Shown here piece after piece: positions 54,601 to 63,058 of a stretch of DNA of 64,000 nt. Each line of letters starts with the position of its first letter. Within the stretch, counting starts at the first letter, position 1. The position numbers and the translations under genes are program-made. Below the pieces are notes generated by a model. That model worked only from the letters and a program-made list of their open reading frames with translations. It did no database searches and had not been told where the DNA came from. Source of the DNA: Perna viridis (Eukaryota); contig CM074511.1 of the NCBI GenBank assembly GCA_037379345.1, positions 15,686,001 through 15,750,000 of the forward strand. Reading direction: 5' to 3'.

Positions 54601-57600
54601 AGTTATAAACCTCACAGATATTTATATATGATGTTAGATGACAGCTCGACAGTTACATGTACATGTACTTAAATGACCCCCCCCAACAACTATTGATACT
54701 TTGTAAACTTAGTGGTTTCTTTATTTTCAGACCCCTTCCCTGCAGGTGTGCCCCGCCCATTCTACATGCCTTCAAGTACATCTTCTGGTAATATTCCTGA
54801 GGAAGGAGCCCCACCAGAAATACCAAAGAAACACTCAACATCCAAGGTATTCATACTGTTTAAGTAATAGAAGGACTAGAGGTGGAAGTAAAAAATTATT
54901 GGACCCTACTATTGAGAGTATTACTGTATTTTATATTTTCATGGTTCACTAACTTATGGTGAATGTTGATTTTTTTTCTTTTTCAGTTTTTTTTTGTTAG
55001 AAAGTAAACTTGAAAAAAAATCATACCATAAAAATAGGTTAAGTTTCATTATAATATATTCTACATTTACCACTCAGGAGCCATGGCTCATTTCTTTTTG
55101 AAAATTGAAATGCAGGTGTATTTCTAGTGACCAGAGCATTGTTTTGTAGTTTTAAACTACATTATTATATTTGTGTGTGTTCTTTGTGGATACCAGGTCA
55201 GATCATTTGTACCACGACAAACCCTTCTACTTACACCCAAAGATGCCAGAACAAATCCAAACAAATCTAATTCGTATGAAAACCTCGTAAGTCACTCATG
55301 TCATTAACAAATTATTTGTACAAGCAGCAATATTTATAGCAACTAAGGCCAAATTAAAAAGAGTTATGTTTCCTTCTACCGTTCCTTCCCTATTTTTTCT
55401 AGCTGAAGAGAGTTTATCCTAAAGTTTTCTTGTCAATTTAAAAAGAACTGTTCAAGTCAGAATGTTTCGCCTATAGTCTCAATGTACAGAAAAAAATAGT
55501 AAAATGAAAAAAATTATCCCTACCTACCCATCCTATTGTTTTCAATGGTGTAATAGGAAACACACATATATTTTCGGGGCCTAATTTTCATGAAACTTAT
55601 GCCCCAAACTGTCTACTTTACAATGGCCAGATTCCAAGTTTCACTTTACTAAATCTATCATACCTACTGTAATTTGCCTTTTCCTTATATATTATTATTG
55701 TTTTTTTTTGTTAATATTTTTTTCTTATTGTAAATTAATGAGAAAAATAGAAGTATTAAAGTATGAATGTGTATTACACATATCTCGGCATGAAAGAAAA
55801 GAATATTTCTGCTTTTACAAGTGCTCAACCAATATAAATAGTATATATATATATCACCTACAAATGGCTAGCTTTAGTGTGGTGTCTTTTTAATGTTGAT
55901 ATCTGATATTATCAGTTTCTAGAAAATGTTATTAAGTGAAAATGCCATACAAATGAAAAAATATGGTATTGTTATATCATTGATGGTTCAATAACCATTG
56001 TACTCTAGGTCAGCATATTTTTTATATCAGTATTGAAAATCTAAATCTGTGGCAACTTTTTTTAAATTTCATACTGTGTAAAATAGCAAATTTCTTTAAA
56101 AACACAACTGTGATCTAATTACTGGCTACTGCAGTTATCTTATCTGGTTACCTGAGAAAAGTTTTGTTTCTATTTTCTCAGTACCTATTCGGTCAAATAC
56201 TTTAAGATATAGAAAACAGTTTTGACATAAATCTTGTTTTGCCAGTTCACAACTTCCTGTTTAATAGCAGGTATACCTTGTAAAAAAAGTATGTATAACA
56301 TGAAAAGAACTCCCTCTCCACTTTAGTGAACTAAATGATATTTGAAACAATTTGGGGTATTTTAAGCATGTGGAAAAAGAAATCATTTATAATTTTCAAT
56401 TTGTAAGAATTCGTTTCTGAGTTTATACTTTGTGGGAACCTAGGAAATCCATTAAAAGAGTAAATGTTGTTCTAATGATTGTAGAGTGTGATGCATGTGC
56501 ATTTATTTAATTTTTTTTTTTTTTTGTAATAAAGTACCATAACATACATCCAATATATATATATATTTGCATGTCATTATTTTATTGCATGACCCCAGAA
56601 AAATATCACCCATGAATATAAATATGTTGAAACTTAGAAAGCTTTTACATATGAATTACCTAGATTGTGTTCCTGTCCGTAGGTTTTTCCTCTTCTGTCT
56701 TTTAAAAATCTTTTAGATGTTACATTATTGACAATATATCATTTAGGAATGTAATGATTCAGATTTTCTTTATGCAACATGTTAACTATGCATAATTTCT
56801 GTGTGTGATAAATTTTCAACAAAGAGATTAAATTAGAAAATTGTGAAATTTGCATGTGTCATTAGCCACAATATATTGTATGATTACAATAAATTTAAGA
56901 CTTTTAGGACTTTTAAACATTTTAAGGCATGTCAATGATTTTGCTGAATTATTTGGTTTTTTTTTGGTTTTTTTTGTTATTTAATTTTTTTTTTCTGTTT
57001 TTTTGGTGGGGAATGGGATTGTTATGGGGCGAAAAATAATATGTGAACATTTGTTACATTTGACATTGTTAATTTTAGCCAAGTAAGACCACAGCTGGTA
57101 AATAGGTAATGGTCCAACTCATTACTGCCTTCATTAAAATCATTTTACTTGAACTAAACAGCATGGTACAGTATCTGTATATAACAATGAATTAAAATTT
57201 TATGTATGATAAACAATATTCTTCCACTTTTCTAAATTCAGCAGCCTACGGTGAGTCATTGCAATGCCTATTATATTATCAGGTCAAACTCCCATGGGAC
57301 TTGCTTAAATGCACAAAATTGTATATCTTCCACATCATACCATCCATTACAGCAATGCCACTTTTAATCAGTTGTATAGATATTTGTCTGTTATGTTCTT
57401 TCTTTACATTCTATTTGTCTTCAATAACTATGTAATAAAAACTTGGAACATATGATATTTCATTGTGATCTGCAGTGTGAAGTCAAGATTTTAGTAATAG
57501 TATGATGATGGAAATGTGTTTGCCATGAATTTATTGAATTGTTCTTATTTTAAAGATATTTTTCTTTTCATAGTCATATAATTATATAGTTATATAAAGC

Positions 57601-60600
57601 TAATGATTTTTATCAAGCAGTAAATAATATATATGAATGAAAACAGGAAATGGATGATCTTTCAACAAAAAGTGTGATATACTTTCAATTAAATGTCAGA
57701 TAAGTCTTTTGCTACCACGATATGTAGCTCCCCCAAAAATAAAAACAAAAAATCATAAAAATCCAAATCAATAAAGGAAGTACATATCTACAATGTTTAA
57801 TGTGAAAGTTTCATTTAATACAGTATCATAAGATTATAGATGTGTAACCAATATTCATTGAGGATAAAGTTAATGTTTTACTAATGACCCCCCCCCCTTC
57901 AGAAAAAGAAATTTAAACATCTAATATTCATATCATAATCTACAAGAAGAGGAATATGTGAAAGTTACATTAAATTTCACTCTGTGTTTTGCTACTGGAC
58001 CCCCTTCCACCCAAAAATCACAAAAAAATAAAAATTACATCTTGAGTAGGAGGTGAACTTCTTCAATATTTGATAAATATTTGGTGAAAATTTCATTAAA
58101 TTCCATTCAGTGGTGTAGAAGGAGTACTGTATATAAGAAAAGGATACCCCTCTGTGTAAGGAAAGTAGACAGCCCTACTTTTTTGCAAGTCAGGGTGTGA
58201 AAACTACCTGTAAATGTTTTAGATTTTTGAGATCTGTGATAGAAAACACGAATGTTTTTAATGTATGTGGAAATAAACAGGATTTTTAGTAAAATTTTTG
58301 TGAATGTACTTTTAAGTAGACTGCTTCAATAATTGATAGATTTTCTTCTGGTGAATTGTAAGTATTAGCAAACTAAATTCTGCTATTTCATCTAACTTTT
58401 ATGAAGGTACAAAACTAAAGTAGGTCACTTGTTTTAAATCTGGCTTTCTAGAAGAAGGTATTTTATTACTACACAGACTAATTCATGGTGACTCTTTTTG
58501 TACTTGTATATGATCAGGTCAGGGTGTGCTCTATTGGTACTGATCAGGTATGCTATGTACCTGCCTTTGGTTGGATCTCTGCAAGTTCTTCCCCAATGCC
58601 TTTAGTATTTATTTTTTTTTAAACAGAGATTATCCCCAAAATAACAAAAATGTGGAAAAAGGAAGTTTATATGCATGCAAGCTTTGTGATATACCTGCAA
58701 ATGCCTTGACATTGTTCACACTGCAGTTTATAAACTGTTGTTCCCTTTTATTATTTTACTACAAAAATGTGGTTGTATAATGTTATGGCATGCTGTACTT
58801 GTCTTTGATAATTTGGGCCAAACAGTAACATGAGTTAAAAAATATGGATCTCTGTGAATTTAATGACAGAGTTATGTATACTACATAAGGAAGGTTGGGA
58901 TTGACTTGGGGTGTTATGGCAAAAATAAGCCTTTTCTGAAATTTGTTATAAACTTTGTTACCATATTCTTTATTTGGTTTATTTTGATTTCTTGTGGTTC
59001 TTTGATATGCTATGAATGTAACCATGTGTTTACATTTTTGATTTTGGAGATAATTGCTCCAAATACAATTCTTTTAGTTATTTGACTACATTCTCTCTGT
59101 GTCAGAAACCTATTCTGTTTCAAATAATTATCATATTCCAAATTCAAAGATGTATAAATCTTAAATGGAGTGTCCCAACTGTTGCATTCATATCAAGTTG
59201 CACCCTATTGAGTCTAACATTGCATTCAAAGGTCATGGGGGTTATTTGGGTTTTTGATCCTTCAGGATTAAAATACCTTATGTCCCCGGTCTATCATTGG
59301 AACTTACCTACTATTTCTGTACACTACACAAAAATATAGTCCAAATGTAATTCCTTTTATATCATTCAATACCTCTTTTACAACAGGTAAATATGTTTCT
59401 TGCAATTAATCAGCTCAATAATATTCTGTTATTTCTGCAAATAAAATTAAGATCTAGTCTTCAAATCAACTCAAGATTTATGGGACTCTTTTTTGGCCTG
59501 AAAAGATATTTAGTAATAAATTTACATTTAGGGAATTTATTTCTTGCGGTAATGTGTCTGGAAGGATAAAATATGCTAAAATTTTTTATTTTAACACACT
59601 TATAAGTCAAATTATCCATCCTATCATTAATATTTCACCATAAATAAACAGGAAGTGAAGGGCAGTGATTTCAAGCAAGTAAAATTGGCAGGAAAAATTC
59701 AAATTGATGAAAGTTTCTTGTTTTCGAAAATCTTATGTTAAGGAAATTATTATCTTCAGCTGCTATTGGTTTTATTTAAGTCTAATTGTTATGTAAGATA
59801 AATACTCTGTTAATATAGCTTTTGCACATAAACTTTTGGATAAATTTAAAACTGGGGAAAAGGTAAAGTGGAACAAAATTTGTAAATTTGTATGATGTTG
59901 CATCTGTAGAATAGATTGATTTTCAGTTTAAACATAATAAAAAGGACACTTCTTAATAGTATTTTAAAATGCAAATGTATGATCACAATTTTATTTAACA
60001 TCATATAATCTTTGAAATTTTGTTCATGCCACAATTTTCACATTAATTAAAAAATGACAATGCTATCAAGCACATTGATTTTAGTAAACTTAGAGGTTTT
60101 GTTGTTATTGATTAAATATGTAATCAGGAAAACAGAATAATGGCTGGAAAAAAATGTTTAAAAATCAAATAACAAGTTACACCCTCCATATTATTTGAAA
60201 GACATTTTTCAGGAAAAACGTTCTTGATAGTTCATAAAGTAACACACTCTTTTATAATTACTTTTTATTAGTGTGCATTGTATTAATTATGACTAGCATT
60301 AATGCAGAGACCATGTACCATACACTGAGCTTGGTTACAGTGTGCATTTACAGTTTGAATCCATTTAAACTGAAACAAAATTACAAACCTCAAAGCTAGT
60401 CTAAATAGTTCACAGTTTTACAAGTAACATTACATGTTATCATTTCAAATAGAATCAATGATTGTGGTCCTCATTAACAGAACTAAGTATAATGAAGTGA
60501 ACAACAAAATGTTAGAAAATCCTATTTTGAAATAAATACTTTATTTACCTCAGATTTACAGGTATATTTAACCAATTTGACAATTACAGATTTGTAAAGA

Positions 60601-62103
60601 TAATAAGTCAATGCAACTGTTGACTATATTTGAGAAAATTAGAATATGAAATATCTTAAAAATTATGTCTACATTTGCATAAAAAAATGTGGGTAAAACT
60701 ATTGCACTTCACTATTTTTTTTTTTTTTTTTCAGTTTTTTTTTTCAATGTAACTTGACAGTACAAGAAATGTTGAATTTAAATGTCCAGTGTTAATAAGT
60801 GTCAGGATCCTAGTTACATGCATATGATTAACTTACAGAGCTTAATTCAGAACTATCTACTGTCTGTCTGCTTGTAAGGCCATATGATTCTGTTATCAAT
60901 TTATGCATTATGCCTTAGTTTTTATGCTTTCAAAATTAATATCTACTTGATCTAGAATGAAGCTGTGTAAGTTGTCATTTGTCTGTAAACAGAAATATGT
61001 TGTTACCTTTCTTGTGACCATGAGTTCTTCACTTTACTCTACAGTTGATAAATTTTGTTGTGTTTATGATAATGAATATTACTGAAAGTGTTGGTGTTTA
61101 AAATTCAAGAAGTGGAGGCATTGTTCAGTAATTATCAGTTTTATTTTTTACATGGTGAAAAGTCATGTGTATTTTTCTTGTTATGGAAATTCTTTTCTAA
61201 AGTTTCTTTGTGAGCTACTTTGCATGAAGACTAACAGTTCTAAAATATATTGATGTTTTCTTAACATAGTTTTAAATTGTAGATATTCAAGGAAATTTTT
61301 CTTGACTTATTTTCAGCAGCACATGTATATGTAAAGTGATCAAATGTCCAGTTGTCACACTGCATAGTTATTGATATGCTTTTTTTATTAATTGGTCTTA
61401 AAACACTCCTATATTTTTGTCATGTCAAAATACTAACAAACAAGTAGCATATACAATACAGTAATTATGTTTTATGTAACTTTAAATTAAGAAATGGAGA
61501 TTACTTATATCTAGGTCAAGTTTATTTAAATGTGTTTTTTTATTTATATTTCAGTTGTTAAGTTTAGATAAGACAGATGATGGATTGATTGTTTCTAGTT
61601 CACCAGTACCACCATTACCACCTCGGAAATCAGTTATAGGCAAATCATCAAGAGCTTCAACATTTTCGAACAGTTCAGGAGAAATTGAGTTTGGACAAGG
61701 AACTGGTCCTGATCCTCCACCAATTTCTCCAAAAATACCAACCATACCCTCAGGAAGAATTTCTGCTGATGGTGATTCACCCAGGATGCCACCCATTCCA
61801 AGTGGTAGAAATTCTTCTGACGGGGACCCAAACAATACTAGGTATAGTAGTAATCTTCTGAATTTTCCTGACTGTAGAAACAGTTTTGTTAGTTCTCACA
61901 ATGGTCAAGTACCTGCTATTCCTGTGACACGAAGTCCTAGTGGTCGTCAGTTATGCGAACGTGAAAATTCAGATAGTGCACCTCCACCTATTCCAAGTAG
62001 ACCAAATCGATTGTCCAATGTGTCAGTTTCATCAACAGCTTCATCCTCATCTTCATCATCAAGTTGTAATGCTAACCAGGACACTGAATCTTTTAAGTTT
62101 TAG
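512..62103 (+). CDS. DOCK3: Dedicator of cytokinesis (DOCK-B, DOCK3/DOCK4/Sponge-like) Rac GEF; 5'-partial multi-exon gene spanning the window
   Basis: 34 GT-AG-flanked exons join in one frame with consistent phases. DOCK motifs include [110 protein letters not shown] and [28 protein letters not shown] and KDKDNEFK favour DOCK-B. Exact orthology (DOCK3 vs DOCK4 vs lineage paralog) is not resolvable by eye. Confidence 0.93.
1624..1716 (+). CDS. DOCK exon ([31 protein letters not shown])
   Basis: poly-T cag acceptor, gtaagt donor, phase 0-0. Confidence 0.9.
1991..2091 (+). CDS. DOCK exon ([34 protein letters not shown])
   Basis: ttttctgcag / gtaagt; DOCK-like F..F.PV.E.Y motif. Confidence 0.9.
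2847..2925 (+). CDS. DOCK exon ([26 protein letters not shown])
   Basis: ttacag / gtagat; phase 2-0 fits neighbours. Confidence 0.8.
4648..4703 (+). CDS. DOCK exon ([18 protein letters not shown])
   Basis: tgtatag / gttggt; I.RSR motif; phase 0-2. Confidence 0.85.
4948..5053 (+). CDS. DOCK exon ([35 protein letters not shown])
   Basis: tttacag / gtaatg; phase 2-0. Confidence 0.88.
5067..5530 (+). mobile_element. Degenerate HINE-like element with two internal repeats
   Basis: TCCA/TCCT microsatellite; repeated atgaaactttcacagaatctt; terminal hairpin gtgagcattgctcac. Confidence 0.55.
5944..6136 (+). CDS. DOCK exon ([18 protein letters not shown]...VNSELFRDD)
   Basis: atttag / gtatgg; V.S.LF motif; phase 0-1. 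Confidence 0.9.
6158..6732 (+). mobile_element. HINE-like element with three ~160-bp internal tandem repeats
   Basis: subTIRs tatgcccc / ggggcat; ccgtccgtctgt microsatellite; 3x gaagatatt..actg..tttt.gtatgtgagtctgtcatgattagttac; terminal hairpin gtgtctcacagacac. Confidence 0.7.
7061..8300 (+). mobile_element. 5'-truncated, internally deleted Penelope-like retroelement (Naiad/Chlamys-type, C-terminal RT)
   Basis: RT motifs [56 protein letters not shown]; ORF ends at 8018 with no C-terminal GIY-YIG, then a GC-richer 3' region. Confidence 0.85.
7344..8018 (+). pseudogene. Reverse transcriptase C-terminal fragment (YIDD) of the Penelope-like element
   Basis: 224-aa ORF; upstream RT segments disrupted by deletions and a stop. 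Confidence 0.85.
8878..10225 (+). repeat. 52-bp minisatellite, 26 copies of (pyrimidine tract + AG + first ~31 nt of the DOCK exon)
   Basis: Unit catttgtttattttacag|aatctcggagcacactactgtctctatgtcttta; exon-like starts run from 8895 to 10195 = exactly 25 x 52 bp. Confidence 0.97.
10195..10328 (+). CDS. DOCK exon ([21 protein letters not shown]...[10 protein letters not shown]), using the last acceptor of the 52-bp array
   Basis: E.R..LL motif; phase 1-0; GAG|gtgggt donor; the only array acceptor giving an open frame. Confidence 0.88.
12431..12647. repeat. ~55-bp tandem repeat x4, resembling a reverse-oriented SINE 3' tail
   Basis: tgattgatt.ttggggtttaacgcagcaatatttcagctatattc repeated; reverse complement ends like the SINE tail at ~37015-37040. 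Confidence 0.7.
13426..13910. repeat. 25-bp minisatellite, ~19 copies
   Basis: unit gtggtagtggagacaaccatgccat; source of the spurious minus-strand ORFs 13354-13915. Confidence 0.95.
14610..14735 (+). CDS. DOCK exon ([25 protein letters not shown]...YPQVT)
   Basis: ttctttcag / gtgagt; phase 0-0. Confidence 0.9.
14990..15133 (+). CDS. Candidate cassette exon ([48 protein letters not shown])
   Basis: ttttgtcttcgtcag acceptor, gtatga donor; 144 nt open frame, phase 0-0; more GC/CpG than its flanks. Confidence 0.6.
16050..16290 (+). mobile_element. Degenerate HINE-like fragment
   Basis: shares ttttctca.caacta.tgatcacag with 21560-21750; terminal gtgagccatcgctcac hairpin. Confidence 0.5.
17367..17480 (+). 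CDS. Weak candidate cassette exon ([38 protein letters not shown])
   Basis: 114 nt open frame, phase 0-0, purine-rich start; weak aag acceptor and gtaaaa donor. Confidence 0.35.
18815..20043 (+). mobile_element. HINE/CvA-pearl-like Helentron-associated element with ~330-bp internal tandem repeats
   Basis: gtcgtc microsatellite at the 5' end; gaccaattg repeats at 18913, 19243, 19576; 3' CAGGTGAGCG + GGCTCCTGGGAGCC hairpin. Confidence 0.8.
20754..20852 (+). CDS. DOCK exon ([33 protein letters not shown])
   Basis: ttttgcag / gtcagt; GE.VAC...LR.M...HY motif. Confidence 0.93.
20915..21162 (+). mobile_element. Degenerate SINE fragment (same family as 36690-37040)
   Basis: shared gcttct.t....taagca, cagaataat, tagtacaaagcag and tgaaat.tatgaa.tatctg.catatga.gttaaac blocks. 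Confidence 0.6.
21327..21421 (+). CDS. DOCK exon ([31 protein letters not shown])
   Basis: tttttgcag / gtaagt; DW..M motif. Confidence 0.93.
21492..21920 (+). mobile_element. Degenerate HINE-like element
   Basis: ttataccctc 5' end; two internal repeats; gtgagcaatctctcac hairpin at the 3' end. Confidence 0.5.
22733..22811 (+). CDS. DOCK exon ([26 protein letters not shown])
   Basis: tttttcag / gtaagt; phase 2-0. Confidence 0.92.
23325..23425 (+). CDS. DOCK exon ([33 protein letters not shown])
   Basis: gtacag / gtaata; hallmark W..YF.LAV.F..Q.SLQLE. Confidence 0.95.
24021..24079 (+). CDS. DOCK exon ([19 protein letters not shown])
   Basis: cttcag / gtaaga; Y.DMR motif. Confidence 0.93.
25036..25184 (+). 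CDS. DOCK exon ([49 protein letters not shown])
   Basis: gacag / gtaaga; strong DOCK-A/B similarity. Confidence 0.95.
25446..25534 (+). CDS. DOCK exon ([29 protein letters not shown])
   Basis: tttgaag / gtgagt; KLD and GD..Y..LF motifs. Confidence 0.92.
26978..27189. mobile_element. MITE with 29-bp TIRs and TTAA target-site duplication (Kolobok-like termini GG...CC)
   Basis: ttaa|GGAGGTAGATCTAGGGTAAGGGACATAAC ... GTTGTGTCCCTTACCCTAGGTCTACTTCC|ttaa, 3 mismatches. Confidence 0.85.
31583..31665 (+). CDS. Candidate alternative first coding exon ([28 protein letters not shown]) splicing to 35731
   Basis: ataATGg start, 27 codons + 2 nt, AAG|gtaatt donor in phase 2 matching the next DOCK exon. 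Confidence 0.5.
31951..32076. repeat. 43-bp perfect tandem repeat x3
   Basis: tttataccatccttaatgttggtgctgtgtaagcctattgagt repeated. Confidence 0.95.
35731..35829 (+). CDS. DOCK exon ([33 protein letters not shown])
   Basis: tttttcaacag / gtaagt; LLE.LLDYR motif. Confidence 0.95.
36690..37040 (+). mobile_element. tRNA-derived SINE of a type common in molluscs, degenerate
   Basis: decayed tRNA-like head; core ctggttggctc..agtcagaataat...gacatgtcta...gtgagctagcact; tail gacgttaaac..taatcattcaatc. Confidence 0.65.
39181..39241 (+). CDS. DOCK exon ([20 protein letters not shown])
   Basis: ttttccag / gtaagt; RM.CT.N.L motif. Confidence 0.93.
41995..42240 (+). CDS. DOCK exon, DHR-2 lobe A ([25 protein letters not shown]...YVEAGLTL...FDRGK)
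   Basis: cttcag / gtaaat; classic start of DHR-2. Confidence 0.96.
42954..43040 (+). CDS. DOCK exon ([29 protein letters not shown])
   Basis: poly-T tag / gtatgt; WE.GI..CK.LA..YE motif. Confidence 0.95.
43577..43720 (+). CDS. DOCK exon ([48 protein letters not shown])
   Basis: ttgtag / gtaaag; YFRV.YYG..FP motif. Confidence 0.93.
44137..44278 (+). CDS. DOCK exon ([31 protein letters not shown]...GETQ)
   Basis: ttttcag acceptor; ends at U12-type donor gtatcctt. Confidence 0.93.
44369..44577. mobile_element. Degenerate MITE with TACTGTAAA/TTTACAGTA-type termini; related copies near 996-1130, 22980-23165, 28441 and 62600-62770
   Basis: tgtaaacatacatttttgtgg ... ccacaaaaaataaatacatttacagta inverted ends. 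Confidence 0.5.
44736..44878. repeat. Long inverted repeat / foldback MITE (arms ~62 bp, 19-nt loop)
   Basis: catgtcaaaatctttattgcatgcggcatcaacccgaaactcctatataaccc ... gggttatataggagtttcgggttgatgctgcatgcaatacagattttgacgtg. Confidence 0.92.
45144..45313 (+). CDS. DOCK exon ([10 protein letters not shown]...[28 protein letters not shown])
   Basis: follows the U12 intron; AAG|gtatgt donor; DHR-2 lobe B. Confidence 0.94.
45703..45969 (+). CDS. DOCK exon, DHR-2 lobe B/C with nucleotide-sensor Val (TLCTERT...[10 protein letters not shown]...SPVSTAI...[18 protein letters not shown])
   Basis: tttttaacag / gtctgt; 89 codons; VMGG..KY motif. Confidence 0.94.
46326..46387 (+). repeat. 31-bp tandem duplication spanning a splice acceptor
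   Basis: aaagctacttctactttcag|gcatttttcac x2. Confidence 0.95.
46377..46460 (+). CDS. DOCK exon ([28 protein letters not shown])
   Basis: second of two duplicated ctttcag acceptors; gtaaag donor. Confidence 0.92.
46791..46896. repeat. 25-bp tandem repeat x4
   Basis: cattttgacacctagatagtgcctc. Confidence 0.93.
47380..47514 (+). CDS. DOCK exon, end of DHR-2 ([45 protein letters not shown])
   Basis: atacag / gtgagt; LL..G..I motif. Confidence 0.9.
47853..47947 (+). CDS. DOCK tail exon ([31 protein letters not shown])
   Basis: ttttactag / gtatgt; phase 0-2. Confidence 0.85.
48395..48461 (+). CDS. DOCK tail exon ([22 protein letters not shown]); alternative in-frame acceptor at 48401
   Basis: ccttttag|taacag| tandem acceptors 6 nt apart; ACG|gtaggt donor; phase 2-0. 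Confidence 0.78.
48553..48650. repeat. ~30-bp tandem repeat x3
   Basis: gttctgttgctgacagttcaggctatg(tag/aagt). Confidence 0.92.
49960..50097 (+). CDS. DOCK tail exon, probably alternative ([46 protein letters not shown])
   Basis: gacacag / gtatac; 138 nt, phase 0-0; GCATG motifs on both sides. Confidence 0.65.
53712..53763 (+). CDS. DOCK tail exon ([17 protein letters not shown])
   Basis: poly-T tag / gtaagt; phase 0-1. Confidence 0.85.
54210..54311 (+). CDS. DOCK tail exon ([33 protein letters not shown])
   Basis: ttttttcag / gtttgt; phase 1-1; PxxPxR motif. Confidence 0.85.
54731..54846 (+). CDS. DOCK tail exon ([38 protein letters not shown]); alternative in-frame acceptor at 54746
   Basis: attttcag / gtattc; phase 1-0. 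Confidence 0.83.
55197..55286 (+). CDS. DOCK tail exon ([30 protein letters not shown])
   Basis: taccag / gtaagt; phase 0-0. Confidence 0.8.
55344..55584. mobile_element. Degenerate MITE (taaggcc...ggcctaa ends, cctacctaccc core)
   Basis: inverted ends taaggccaaa..atgtttcc / ggaaacac..ggggcctaa. Confidence 0.45.
57242..57250 (+). CDS. Candidate 9-nt (or 6-nt via CAGCAG) microexon, Q-P-T
   Basis: ttcttccacttttctaaattcag|CAGCCTACG|gtgagt; frame-preserving; consensus donor. Confidence 0.5.
61555..62103 (+). CDS. DOCK terminal exon, Ser/Pro-rich tail with SH3-binding motifs, ending in TAG
   Basis: atttcag acceptor, 182 codons, PPLPPR / PPISPK / PPIPSR motifs. Confidence 0.9.
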   Translation: MLSLDKTDDGLIVSSSPVPPLPPRKSVIGKSSRASTFSNSSGEIEFGQGTGPDPPPISPKIPTIPSGRISADGDSPRMPPIPSGRNSSDGDPNNTRYSSNLLNFPDCRNSFVSSHNGQVPAIPVTRSPSGRQLCERENSDSAPPPIPSRPNRLSNVSVSSTASSSSSSSSCNANQDTESFKF

Positions 62104-63052
62104 CATGTCATTGTTATATATGAACATTATTTTTTATTCATTTGGTTGTTTCTATTTTTGGATCTTTTAAACTCTTCTGTTTAAAATGAATTACAGGACC
62201 TGTTTGTAACAAAAGTGCTATATACATATGTATATATTTCTGATTTTGATTTGTTATAGTGGATTATTCTTGATTTTTAACTAAATGGTAACTGTAATAT
62301 ATTTGTTCTGAATCAATGATGCCATAGTGTAGATAAAAAAAAATAATCTTACCATACCATAAGCTTATTGAACAGTTAGTTTTACTGTATTGATAACTTA
62401 TATGGAGTAGCAGCATTAGTGTTAAAATAACTTACTCCTGCAGTACAAAAAATATTTCAAATCTTCATGTGTAAGGGGTGTGTGCTTAGTTTTACTGCTA
62501 TTCATTTGCACTGATAACCGTCTAAAATGGATTTTTGTCAGCTAAAACTTGATACAGTGATCAAGCTAGCAAATCTACTTTGAAAAAAAAAAAAAACTAT
62601 TGTTTATGGGTTATCAATTTTCATGATTTGTGGGTTTGGTAAAGCACAAATTTCCCATTCTTTTGTTTGATAGAGAGACAAATCTACTAATTCAAGAGTC
62701 CAAAGATAACTTTCCAAAACCACGAAATTTGGTAACCACTGTAATTATTTTGTGTAAATTTTTTCAGTACCTTAAACTTAAAATCTGTTAAATGAAAAAT
62801 TGTAATTTAATACAAAATTGTACTGTGTATGTGTCTTATGACTTATTCTTGTCTTAACTTCCTAATCATATGAGTGTAAGATGTGCCAGGTGAATCCCTG
62901 CACTAATGAAAACATTTCTTCTAGTTTTATTTTCAAAATGAGCTAACTGATGGTGTACATAGATGAAATATGCATGCTTTCTTTGTACAGATACAATAAG
63001 GGTGTTATTAGAAGTTGTTTTATAGGTGTTGATGTATAAAGTTCAAGATTTA

Positions 63053-63058
63053 AATAAA
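63053..63058 (+). promoter_or_regulatory. Candidate polyadenylation signal AATAAA in the 3' UTR
   Basis: AATAAA ~950 nt after the stop; another lies near 63375; common in AT-rich DNA. Confidence 0.3.

Noticed and set aside
61551-61835. Gly-rich minus-strand ORFs
   Set aside because: Antisense shadow of the Pro/Ser-rich terminal DOCK exon.
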